Made by a program: the position numbers and the translations under genes. Shown here in pieces: positions 24,713 to 36,600 of a stretch of DNA of 43,996 nt (position 1 is the first letter of the stretch; the number at the start of each line of letters is the position of its first letter). Origin of the DNA: Octopus bimaculoides (lineage: Eukaryota); contig NC_068985.1 in NCBI RefSeq assembly GCF_001194135.2, positions 63,617,526 to 63,661,521 on the forward strand, written 5' to 3'. The notes below the pieces were generated by a model. It was given only the letters and a program-made list of their open reading frames with translations. It was not told the origin of the DNA and made no database searches.

Positions 24713-25669
24713 TCTACCCACATATGGTATCAATATATATGTATAATATGTGTGTAAAAGATTATAACAGCCGTATTTTTCAATTGATTTTCTCCAAACT
24801 GGGAACATACATTACTTATGTTCCAGAGGTAGTGTTAGACTCTTAAAAGTTTTCACATAATGAGTAATGGGGATCCTGAGGGCAAAAAATACCCATTCCT
24901 GAGTTACATGAAGAAGGGAGGTAACTCTTTGCAAAGTAACTTACAGAAATTGATTGTCTCCCTTACATTCATTGGTCAAAAAATTATCACAATCTCATCT
25001 AATATATGTGATATATATGTATTTTCTTTTCATGCCTATCTCCATCTCTCGGTATATCTCTATATCTATCTCTATCTATATCTCTCTATCTATCTCTATC
25101 TCTCTGTATCTATCTGTCTATATCTTATCTATCTTATTTGTCTAACTAGCTAGCTCACTCTCTCTCCTCCTCTCTCTATATCTCACTCACTCTCTATTGT
25201 TTTCACTTTAAGTTTTGTTATTGTTTTCACTGTAAATCTTCAATTGCTATTTACAAACAACAATGACAAATTACTGACAAAAAGAAGTTCACAATTACTG
25301 ATGGAAGTAATTTCATCCATAATTTACTGACAGAAGTAACTTCAAAAATTTCACTTAAATCCGTACACTTAGTTAATTTCCCTAAAAATTCCTTATTTAC
25401 TTTTGCAATGGTTTTGTTTTTATGTTGTTAACAGCTTCTTTCTGGTTCCTTCGATACTGGCTCTTTGGTTCACTAAGTGACAAATTTCACTTCAACCCAT
25501 ACAATTCTTTATTTTCCATAAAAATTTCTTATTTACTTTCTGCCCATCATATTAAGAGATATAATTTCCATTACTCAGTTATTTTCATTGTTTACTATCT
25601 TCTGCACCCATGTATTTCTGTATATGTATATAACCAAGCCTAGAAGGAAAGTGTCAAATTTGTTTACAA

Positions 25670-26523
25670 TGTCAAGGTAAGCCAAAAGAATGTCCAGGGA
25701 AAGAGCGACACCTGCAGAAAGAGAAGCATATCAAGAATTGAACAGACTGTGCACTATAAAAGCCAGAGCATCTCAAAGTGATGAATAGAGGTATGCATGG
25801 CTGACAAAGAATAGGATCTCTACTGCAGAACAAAGAGCAGTTGCAACAGCTCAAAGACGCAACTTCTATGAAGTAGCTTTCGATTATGATCCAGCAGTTC
25901 GATTATGATCCAATGGAAACTAGAGTTTCCATAGGTGCAATGACAGCTGAGTGCATACATTGTAAAGCAAGGAAGTGGCCTGGAGAGACACCTGCACTGT
26001 GATGCAGTGGAGGAAAGGTTAAACTACTTGCAATCCCCCAACCTCCAGAGCCATTGAAGAAACTGTTGTCATCAACTGACCAAGATTCCAAGTACTTCTA
26101 AAACAAAATGAGACAATATACTACAGACGACATCATTTGAAGCCACAAGAGATACAACTGAGCCAGGATTCATGCAAACTTTCAAGATCCAAGGTCAGAT
26201 TCATCACCGGATTGGCTCACTACTACCTCTGCCAAATGAATCACCAAAATCGGCCTTTCATTGTTTATAATCAGTTACAAAATAAGCAACACAAAATGTG
26301 TTTTTGAATTATGTGTATTTACTTCATATACATATACGAGTTGAAAACTTTCTTTTAACATTTCAATTAATGTCAATGCTCTATGCTGGCATGTGGGTTG
26401 GTGAGTTATTAATGTAGAAAGTTGGCATCTCAGCTACTAGCAGATGAGACCTGCGCAATCTAGACAGCATTTTAAAATTTCATTATTCTCTTTAACCTGG
26501 GCAATGCCATATATATCTGCTAG
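25670..26523 (+). mobile_element. Helitron deletion derivative: RepHel N-terminal fragment and 3' terminus
   Basis: Broken frames give SIGAMTAECIHCKARKWPGETPAL*CSGGKVKL...PPEPLKKLL...TFKIQGQIHHRIGSLLPLP (Helitron N-terminal Zn-finger-like region). Ends cctgggcaatgcc...tctgCTAG|T. The 5' end may extend to about 24750. Confidence 0.85.
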
Positions 26524-26557
<34 letters not shown>

Positions 26558-26559
<2 letters not shown>

Positions 26560-26653
26560 TTGCCCAGGTTAAAGAGAATAATGAAATTTAAAAATGCCAT
26601 CTAGATTATGCAGGTCTCAACTGGTAATAGCTGAGATACCAACTTTCTACATT
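26558..26653 (-). mobile_element. second, inverted copy of the Helitron 3' subterminal region
   Basis: Reverse complement of 26411-26506 with scattered substitutions. Confidence 0.8.
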
Positions 26654-26689
26654 TTATATATGTGTGTGTGTGTGTGTATGTGTGTGTGT

Positions 26690-28053
26690 GGTAGTATCAA
26701 AAAGTTCCCAGACTAGTTATCTATAATAAAAGCGAAATTCTATCGGTCCATCTGGTACCCAGTATTTCAGCCTACATCTGCTCTACATAAACATATTATA
26801 GCATTTCGAAATCAGGATGATTCCAGGATTGAAAATCTGCTCTTCAGTTGGTTCTTGAACATCCAACATTGGGATTTGGCTTGAAAGCATTTGAATTGCT
26901 ATTTCTAGCAGGTAAAGTTGGCTGATTCACGCCATTTTGGTTGATGTTTGTCAAATGACATCAGAAATCAAAGGGGAGATAAATGACATTCACTTCATTA
27001 ATTTTGTCGATTAAGAACTTTTAGACAAATTGGCCAACAGTTGGAATTCAACATGGGGCTGGAACAAAAGAAAGATTGCATTACAGAATTAATTCTCATC
27101 TGTCCTTAACTTCTGATCAAACATCACCAGGAAATATAGTCATTATAGACATATAATAGTCATGCTATTTAGCTTTCTTTAGTTTTGGGATTGCAAGCCC
27201 AATTAGCTCTTCACAGGAGCTGCCTTAAAAGTCTGCACAGAATGTCACTTTTAACCTAGTGTCTAATAAAAAATAAATTCTTTACCTAAGTTTTAACATG
27301 ATCTTTGAAATAGTCACTTTGTGCAGCAATACACTGATCCCAACATTCCTGCCATTTGGAATCTGGCCTGGAAGTTGTTTTCCATAAGCAAGCCTTTTGC
27401 GATTCACTCTTGATCTCGACAATAGTGTTAAAAGTGCATTTTCATCTTGGAGAAGAGATGAAAGTCTGCAGGTGCTAAATATAGCAAATAGGGTGGGCGC
27501 AGAAGTGATACCATGTTGTTTTTGGTGAGAAACTCACGAGTGAGAAGAGCATGGTGACAAGGTGCATTATTGTCGTAAAGAATCCAATCACTTTTGCCAA
27601 ATATCCTGCCTCAAACACTTCAAAATATTGTTGATTGTCCTCTGACAATCCTCATGCACAAGCTAATGAATTTTCTCTACATTTCCAGATTTGATACTTA
27701 TGGCAGGTCTCCCAAATCACTCATCATCTTACAGGGATGTTCTTCCGCTTTTGAAATATCCATGCCACCTGAAACATTGCCTCATCACCATAAGCTTGCC
27801 GAAGCATGCTCAATGTCTCTGTAGCAGACTTCCCAAGTTTATCCTAAAATTTCATGTAAGCTCTTTGTTCCAACTATCTGTCCATAATAAAAATCACAGA
27901 CTACATCATACATATGATCAGAAAAACACAAATTTCACAACTTGTGAGGTAAACACATCAATGTCACTGCTAGCTCTCACTGCACACACAACCATGGGCT
28001 GCCATCTGTTGATGTGCTACAGAACCAGTCTGGGAACTTTTTGATACCACCTC
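26690..28053 (-). mobile_element. degenerate mariner (DD34D-type) element interrupted by a Helitron-like insert
   Basis: TIRs ggtagtatcaaaaagttcccagactagtt / aaccagtctgggaactttttgataccacc. Minus-strand remnants LAPADFHLFSKMK and ECWDQCIAAQSDYFK. Confidence 0.85.
26720..27259 (+). mobile_element. non-autonomous Helitron-like insert, 540 bp
   Basis: A|TCtataataaaagc...taaaagt-ctgcacagaatgtc-actttta-acCTAG|T: TC start, subterminal hairpin, CTAG end, A/T target, no TSD. It separates the mariner 3' UTR from its TIR. Confidence 0.65.
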
Positions 28054-28361
28054 ATGTATGACATCATCTAAAAAATGTTCTATCTTTATTTATTTTATTG
28101 AGTTATGCATGTGTATTTGCTGTGCAAATGCTAGTATAGACTTATGTCTTAATACGCAAATCCATTTTAAATGTATTGTCAATTTTTTATACATACATAC
28201 ATACATACATACATACACAGATACTACTGGGAATGTGTAGATGTAGTTACCTCTATTTTTCTTGCATGTGTGTGTGCATGTATGTATATGTGTATGTATG
28301 CATATATCTATGTATATTGTGTGTGTGTGTGTATATATATATATAGATGTATGTATACATT

Positions 28362-28401
<40 letters not shown>

Positions 28402-28477
28402 CACACTGGAGCAAGCACATAAATGTGAAATAAGGTGGAAAAAAGAGTACTCAAATACCAGAGGTAGAGTAATATGT

Positions 28478-28634
28478 TTTATTTAAAAGCAGCAGAAATA
28501 TCACAAAAACTGTTACTCAGAGTTTCATGTTCCCATTCGCTGGACAGTTTTGTTAGAATGAAAACTGTCTGACAAACGGAAGCATGAAGTTCTGAGTAAC
28601 AGTTTTTGTGATATTTCTGCTGCTTTTAAATAAA
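28478..28634. repeat. fold-back palindrome of two hammerhead-containing arms
   Basis: 44-bp perfect outer arms tttatttaaaagcagcagaaatatcacaaaaactgttactcaga / reverse complement. Each arm has a decayed hammerhead (28509-28548 minus, 28564-28603 plus). Confidence 0.8.
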
Positions 28635-29145
28635 GTATATNNNNNNNNNNNNNNNNNNNNNNNNNNNNNNNNNNNNNNNNNNNNNNNNNNNNNNNNNNNN
28701 NNNNNNNNNNNNNNNNNNNNNNNNNNNNNNNNNNNNNNNNNNNNNNNNNNNNNNNNNNNNNNNNNNNNNNNNNNNNNNNNNNNNNNNNNNNNNNNNNNNN
28801 NNNNNNNNNNNNNNNNNNNNNNNNNNNNNNNNNNNNNNNNNNNNNNNNNNNNNNNNNNNNNNNNNNNNNNNNNNNNNNNNNNNNNNNNNNNNNNNNNNNN
28901 NNNNNNNNNNNNNNNNNNNNNNNNNNNNNNNNNNNNNNNNNNNNNNNNNNNNNNNNNNNNNNNNNNNNNNNNNNNNNNNNNNNNNNNNNNNNNNNNNNNN
29001 NNNNNNNNNNNNNNNNNNNNNNNNNNNNNNNNNNNNNNNNNNNNNNNNNNNNNNNNNNNNNNNNNNNNNNNNNNNNNNNNNNNNNNNNNNNNNNNNTGTG
29101 TGTGCATGTATGTATATGTGTATGTATGCATATATCTATGTATAT

Positions 29146-29175
<30 letters not shown>

Positions 29176-29179
<4 letters not shown>

Positions 29180-29855
29180 GCAATTAGAAAATGGAGGATA
29201 ATATGCTGTACCCAATGACTTGCAGACAGTGTATCCCGTTGAATTAATTAACTTAATTTGTAACTAAAGTGACAAAAAACCACAAAGTGAACATCTAAGT
29301 ATGGTTATGCACACGGACTTATATATTGGAGTGTCTATAACTATTTGTATGACCTCACGTATTGTTTGTAGGCTTTTTATGTGCCTTATATTTTTATATT
29401 TTTATATGTTAGATTTTCATTTTTCATTTATTTATTTTTTATTTTATTCTTGCTGTACCCTTATTTTTATTTTTATTTAATTTTTGTTCTTATCTCTTAC
29501 TGTATATTTGTATGGAATTTTTTGTGAATCTCTGAAGAGGCCTAGTGAATTGTGCATGTACCCCCATTTCAGCATTTCATCCACTAATTACTCCGGCAGG
29601 AGCTATTCGGATAGAATGGGGCATGCCAATGCTAGGTCAAAACAGCTGTAAGTTTAAGTTTATGTTTATTCTCAAATTCTTTATGTATCTTTATTTGTAG
29701 ACCCGGTTGTCAATATAACATGGCTTGTCATAAACACTTGTACTTTGTGGTTTTTTGTCACTTTAGTTACAAATTAAGTTAATTAATTCAACGGGATACA
29801 CTGTCTGCAAGTCGTTGGGTACAGCATGTTATCCTCCATTTTCTAATTGCTATAT
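29176..29855 (+). mobile_element. Penelope-like derivative: about 112-bp near-perfect inverted repeats around a pLTR with a hammerhead motif
   Basis: Arms 29176-29288 and 29742-29855 differ at two positions that I could see. Inside: aatct CTGAAGA ggcctag...ctaggtc AAAA cagctg TA agttt (29527-29655). Confidence 0.72.
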
Positions 29856-30025
29856 AAATTTAGGGTAACCCCTCCCCTTTACCTGCACCCACTTATTACA
29901 CTTAGTATAACACTAGTGTAACAATAATTGGGTACCCTCCCAGCAGTATATTGGATAGATACTATCCCTTAGTGGGTTGAATCCGCAACCCCTAACTCTC
30001 TTGCATTATATATATATATATTTAT

Positions 30026-30216
30026 GCTTGTGTTTGTCCCTTCACCATTGCTTGACAACTGATGTTGGTGTGTTTACAGCCCCATAACTTAGCAGTGTGG
30101 CAAAAAGAGAGCGATAAAATAAGTACTACGCTTACAAAAAATAAATCCTGAGGTCAATTTGTTCAACTAAAGGTGGAGCTCCAACATGACTGGAGTCAAA
30201 TGATTAAAACAAGTAA
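30026..30216 (+). mobile_element. SINE family B, 3' part
   Basis: tgtttgtcccttcaccattgcttgacaactgatgttggtgtgtttac...gtcaaatgattaaaacaagtaa is the diverged reverse complement of 8030-8220. Confidence 0.75.
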
Positions 30217-30371
30217 TATATATTCATGGGTAGTGGAGCATGTAGAGGTAGCTGTCTATGTCTTTTATAAGCGTGTGAGTGCATATATGTATATATGCAT
30301 ACCTACACATGTGTTGTGTGTACGTGTGTGTACACATGTACATATGTAGATGTGTGTGTGTGGTGTGTGTG

Positions 30372-30410
<39 letters not shown>

Positions 30411-32466
30411 GCATGTATGGGTATCTGTATATAAAGGTATATATATATATAAGGATATGTATGTATATGCATATATTTTTATGTGTGTGAATTTTGTTGA
30501 TACAAACATTAGACCACACCTTCTCTCCCTACCACCCATTCTTTCTCTAAATATATAGATACTTGCATCTCCCTTACTCTATCTCTCACCCTCAGCGTCT
30601 ACAGGCATATTGTTGTCGTTGTTATTTATTATTATTATCATTATTATAAGTAGTAGTAGTAGTAACAACAACAAAGCACCATAATTTTGGTGGTTTGTAA
30701 CATTGTCATAACAGTATTTAACAATACTTACTTCAATAAATAGCTAAGTAACTATCTAGTTTGTGGAGAGATAATAGTAGTTAATATAACAGAAACATTT
30801 ATTATATCAACTTTAATGAGATGGAATGCAGTGTAACTGGCATGACGGTTGAGCAACAAATACTAAACATTATAAACTACCTGAGATAACAGGTCTACAA
30901 ATATTTCACATCATATCTGTGGATTTGGTGGCTCAGATGAATACTGTATACTAATATCATTTACATTAAAATATTAGAATACATAATTATAAACAAGTTT
31001 AATTCAGTTTCAATTGAACTGGAGCTAATTTGTGAAATATGAACAAACATGTGACAAATACCTTATTTAGAATTTAAGCAAACGACAGAGGTGTTAAGAT
31101 TTGACTAGTGAAAAGTTGGATTAGAGCAGTCTATTGGGTACCTACTAAAGGTACATAACTCAATCATCACTCCTCAGGTAGGTAAATATACTAAAAAAAA
31201 AACACCTTCCACTTAATTTAATTACTTGGTGTTTAGTTAAAATAAACACATCTAAATATTTTAAATTTGTCAGGAGTGTCATGGTAGGTCTTGCCAACTG
31301 ACAAATAATTGAAACTATTTTAAAGTTGATATATAGTTGCATACCTAACACTTTGTTTATAGATTACAGAGAGAAGTGCAGTGCTAATCATATCTAAGCT
31401 GATATCTATAGGGTTAGTATTTTTAGCACTGACTCTATGAGAGTGCCTATGACAGTGAGTACGACAGTGTCTATGTAGTGTCTCTAACAGTGTTTATAGG
31501 AAGAAACGTGAACACAAAACAGTTGCAGTGTTACTACAGTATATTAAGATATTTCCATAGGAGACCAGTCTGAATAGAACGAACTGTGCTAAAGGTAACA
31601 AGAGATCAGGCCATAGTGAAACAAAATATGGATGATAATAAGAGTGACATGTTGGTGAAAGGTGCCTGAGTAGAGGTGGGAGGAGACCAGTGGAAAAAGT
31701 AGAGAGAAGAGGCACAGCATTCTGTGAACCTCAGAAGTTGGAGTGTGTAGCTGACTGATTCTATACCATCAGTGTTGTGGCCTTTCTTCAACAGAACACA
31801 CAAAAGGAGCCATAGAATGGAATCAAACTGAGAACCATGCTACAACTTTTTGAGTAACATGGCCATGTCTTCAGCTATAAATACTGTTATATTCTTAAGC
31901 AAGTTCCTTAACACTAAGTTCACTTATCTAACATAATTACCATTATAACCAGGTTATATAAAAATTAAATTTGAGTGACAACCTTTGAATTAACAGCCAT
32001 ATTAACATGGAAAAATAAAATTTTTTATTCAACCAGGCAGCTAATTGCAACATGAGTGATTGTTTAATCATTTTCTTCCTGCATCAGTCATGATGGATTT
32101 TGTCTTAGTATGCAGTTGGCAGTGAGTATGTGCTACTGTCAAAGACCAATAAGACAGAAATGTGTACCTAACATTCTCAACAGCTACTGCTGGAAGATTT
32201 TCATTTGCTACCAATAACTTTGCTTTTTAAACACAGCATGTCTATAAGAGATATTAACTCTGGACAAATGCCACGGTAAATTTGCTTTTTTACAATGTAT
32301 GTACATTAAGTGATACACAAGATATCTATTTTAATCTAATACTGCTTCTATTACACATAACAAAATTTACAATATTTAAAGAAGAAAATGTACTTAAGTA
32401 TAATTCAATATTCTTCTGAAATCTAATAAGAAACTGACCAAACCACATGACCAGTTAGTGACTTAC

Positions 32467-32579
32467 CTGTCACTGTGTTATGATGTCGAAGCATTCCCAT
32501 AAGGCTTCTGGAGTGGAAACCACTTCCTCTTAATAACAGGGCTTTGGTTCGTGAGTGGCGCCATGTTATGATGGGAAAT
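32467..32579 (-). CDS. SBF2: SBF1/SBF2 coding exon C
   Basis: cctgctatttag|ATTTCCC...GTGACAG|gtaagt. Translates (R)FPIITWRHSRTKALLLRGSGFHSRSLMGMLRHHNTVT(G), cf. SBF1 [31 protein letters not shown]. 113 nt, phase 2 in, phase 1 out. Confidence 0.92.
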
Positions 32580-32771
32580 CTAAATAGCAGGAAGGAATTT
32601 ATAGATTAATGAAATGACACTTAAAAATTTAAAACTATATCTTGGGGTAAAATATTCAAAGGAAGCAATTATGACAATTTAACAATAGAAAATCCTTCTG
32701 GATGAAGATTAGACTTTAATATAATCATTAGTGAAAATTATTCTATATTTTTGAGATGAGGAATTATGTAC

Positions 32772-33249
32772 ATTATTTATAATGGACAGATTGGTGTCCT
32801 CATCTTGGTTGTTGTTATCACATTTTGGCTGATGTACTCTCCAGCCTTCATCAGGTGTTCTGGTGGAATTTCGAACCCAACCCTTTATTTGACTAATGGG
32901 GTACACTGTTCTCATTCCTAAGGTATGTTGCTGATGTTATTTTTCTCATTCCCAAGGTATGTTGCTGATATTATTTTTCAAGTCCCTGCTTGGGATTTTA
33001 GAATTTGAGCATGGGCTACTAGCCCTCAGATTCTAAGTATAATCCTAGGCAGGGACTTGAAAAATAATATCAACAGAAAAATAACATCAACATACCTTAG
33101 GAATGAGAATAGAGTACCCCATTAGTCAAATAAAGGGTTGGGTTTGAAATTCCACCAAAACACTTCATGAAGGCTGGAGAGTACATCAGCCGAAACGTTG
33201 TGATAACAATAACCAAGGTGAGGACACCTATTTATCCATTGTAAATAAT
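32772..33249. repeat. about 480-bp fold-back palindrome of a Penelope-type pLTR with hammerhead remnants
   Basis: Arms pair around a centre near 33015-33020 (gggctactagccc). Left arm (minus) aacac CTGATGA aggctg...cagcc AAAA; right arm (plus, 33159-33204) aacac TTCATGA aggctg...cagcc GAAA cgtt gtgat. A 34-bp unit is duplicated in the left arm only. Confidence 0.85.
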
Positions 33250-33489
33250 CATTGGTGAAAATAATATACAGGATTTACATCCTTGAGGCCATTTAGAACA
33301 GAAAATGAAGAAGTAGGGAATTGCTCTTTTAATTAAGCACAGTAAACCAAACCAATTCTGGTCAGCAATCATATGTTTCTTTGAAATAAAAATTATAGAT
33401 TATCCAGAGCAGCAGTTTTCCCTTGCCATATTTACCAAATTATGTCATATGTCAACCGTTATTCTTCAGAATGTCACTTATGCAGCACA

Positions 33490-33642
33490 CCATCATCATC
33501 ATCATCACCATTTAACATCTGTTTTACATGCTGGCAATGGTTGGGTGGTTTGACGAGAGCTAGTAAGGCAGAGGACAATGTCAAGCTCTACTGTCAGCTT
33601 TGATTGGGTTTCTATGGCTGGATGCCCTTTCTAATGCCAACC
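33490..33642 (-). mobile_element. RTE LINE 3' tail (continues at 38071-38910 beyond the LTR insertion)
   Basis: (cat)n...acatgctggcaatggttggg...ggatgcccttt ctaatgccaacc joins actttacagagtg after the LTR element. Confidence 0.75.
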
Positions 33643-36600
33643 TGTTATATCATCTGTGACGATATATGATGTGTGGGTAACAGTATATCACAGTACCAAA
33701 TATAACCATATAACAAGAAGCAGTGTAACAAGGGTTAGTTATCTTATTATAATCATTCACACAATTACACTCCAACGCAGAATCAATAACAAGACTAATG
33801 CCCTTGCAGTTTGATCACATCTGTCTTACTGGCTCATCTATTTAGAGACTTGTTCAGTTCACAGACAGTCACATGTGGGTATGTCAGTTCACTTCACAAC
33901 TTCTCCCCTATACACTTCTTGGAGAGTGTGGGTGTACCCATTGATTTTTTATTTCATTTCTCCCCAATATCTTTGTATATAAAAAAAATCAACTCCAAAC
34001 AGAGTTCAATACTTTTTCCTCTTTGGGTCAACCATTAAAAGCTCTGGAAATTTCCTCTTTCTAGTGCTACTCCAAACAGGTGTGTCAGTTTTATCTGTGT
34101 ACATAAAATCCATCGGTTCTTCAATTATTCGATTATTATCCTCAGTGTATCTTTTTCTCAACTGGTTTGCATGTCTTTTGAAATTAAACCATTGACCCTT
34201 TGCCTTTATTACCATATTGATCATTTTTCCAATTCTATTACAAATAATACTGTCCTCCCATGATTGTTTCCTATATCTGTAGGTTTTAAAAATCACTTTT
34301 TCACCTACTTTAAAATTTTTCAGCATAGTGCTTTTGTCATTATTGCTATTCCCAGTTTTTTTTTTCTCTGCTTGACAGCAGTTTGTCAAATACAGCCTTA
34401 ATCTTTCTCATGAACATTAGTTTGGCTGGGAATTTGGGTTAACTCTATATACCCTTAGAAATTTTATTGATGCCAGGTCATCAATCCTTCTGCTTGCTCA
34501 CTTTTCTTAATACCTTCTTGAATGTGTCCACAAACCATTCTGCCTTATCATTTGACCATGGGTGATATGGTGGCATGGTTATATGATCAATTTGAAACAT
34601 CTGGCAGAAATCTTTGAACTGAGATCCTATAAACTGTGTCCCATTATCAGACACAATGGCATCCAGTATGCTATATTGAGCAAATATCTCGTGGAGGAAA
34701 TCAATTATTGCAGAGGACATAGGATGTCTACATTTACATACTTCCAGCCATTTTGTGTAGCTATCTATCACTACAAGAAAATAGTTTCCATATAACGGGC
34801 CTGCAAAGTCTATGTGAAGCGTGGACCATGGTGTCTCAGTCTTTGACCACGGTTGATATCTTACAGTAGGTGATTTTGACTGAGCACAGCCTCTACAGAA
34901 TCTTACAAGATTTTCGATATTTTTATCCATCTAAAGCCAATACACATAGCTTCTCATAAGTGCTTTCATGCATGACATCCCTGGATGTCCAACATGAAAA
35001 TCTTTCAGAATTCTCTTTTGCAGTGTAACTGGTACTACAATCCTCTGCATACATTAAAATGTTGTCGCATAAAGAATATGAGTTTGAATTTAAATCTTCA
35101 GTCCAGTGTGTATTTACTTTATTTTCTTTCAAGGTCACTTTCATTTTATTTATAAAGTCATCTTTCTGTGCTTTGGCTTTAATTTCTTCTAAGGTTACAG
35201 GTAATTCATTAATCATGTCATACAAAATGCTTTTTTTATCTTTGTTTCAGCTCTTAACAATGAAATTACACTTTCTTCAAACATTTCAACATATTTAGGT
35301 ATTAACCTAGATAACCCACCTGGGTGGCTTAACTTTTTTGAGAGGAGTATTCCATTTTGAAATTGTAGTTCAACAAAATGGTTCCCCCATCTCTGCAATC
35401 TATTGGCAGTATGTGCTGGAATGCCCTTCTTAGAGCCAAATATAGTCAATGAGAGGCAATGATTGGTTTGCAGACAAAACCTTCTGCCATGGATGAATTT
35501 ATGGAACTTTTTTACAGCATAAATAATTGCCAAAGCTTCTTTCTCAATCTGGCAGTAATTCCTCTCAGCAGGTAATAGTGTACATGATGCATGTACTATG
35601 GGTTTTGTATTACCATCTTCATACTTATGCAAAATTACCACTCCAATGCCATATTCACTGGCATCTGAAGCTACTACAATTTCCTTTTTCGGATCATAGT
35701 GTGCTAAAGATAGCTCAGAAATTAATATATCTTTTAAATGTTTGAAGGCTGCTTGGCATTTTTGCGTCCAATTCCATTTCATTCCTTTCTTTAGCAGGTA
35801 ATTTAATGGTGCACACAAGTTATGAATATTAGGGATGTAACTTTGGTAATTCACCAAACCCAAAAACATTTGTAATGTCACCATATTCTTTGGCGAAGCC
35901 ATATTTTAATAGATGATGCCCTGGTAGGATCTAGACGCCAACCTTTTATTGTCTATGATTTGCCCCAAATATCTAATTTTAGGTAAAAAGAAATCACACT
36001 TACCTGTGCTCAGTTTGAATCTGTATTTACTTAGTTTTTTTTTAAATACCTTTTTCATATGTTGTATATGCAGACTTCTTAATCAATATCGAGATACGCA
36101 ATTGTGAATTCACAGTCCGCTAACACCGCATCCATAATCTGTTGGGAGATTACTGGTGTGACTTTTAAGCCAAATGGTAACCTGTTGTATTTATACAGTC
36201 CTTTATGTGTGTTAATTATTAGGTATTTAGAGCATTCATCATCTACTTTAATTTGTAGATATGTGTCAGAGAGATCCAATTTAGAAAATATCTTGCTGCC
36301 ATTTAATTTCACAAATATGTCCTCCAGAGTAGGTAGCAGGTGGTAGAATGTTTTAAGACATTCATTTAACCCAGTGGCAAAATCAGCACACACAACACGA
36401 CATATGGCACATTTCGTTTTGGTTTAAAAATTGATACTGCATTCTCTTTTATCTCAAATTTTGCTTTTATTTTTGAACATGCACCCAGTTCATCTGAAAA
36501 CACATCTGGGAATACTTTCTTTAATTCTTTTTGCAATAGTGGTTAATGGGTAAATCCCAGAGATCAAATTTGTCCATCCAATTTATTCCAAAAGGTTACT

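Noticed and set aside
28268-29170. Identical about 75-bp microsatellite-rich block at 28268 and 29097
   Set aside because: The second copy abuts a gap and is identical, so it is most likely a scaffolding overlap artefact rather than a duplication.
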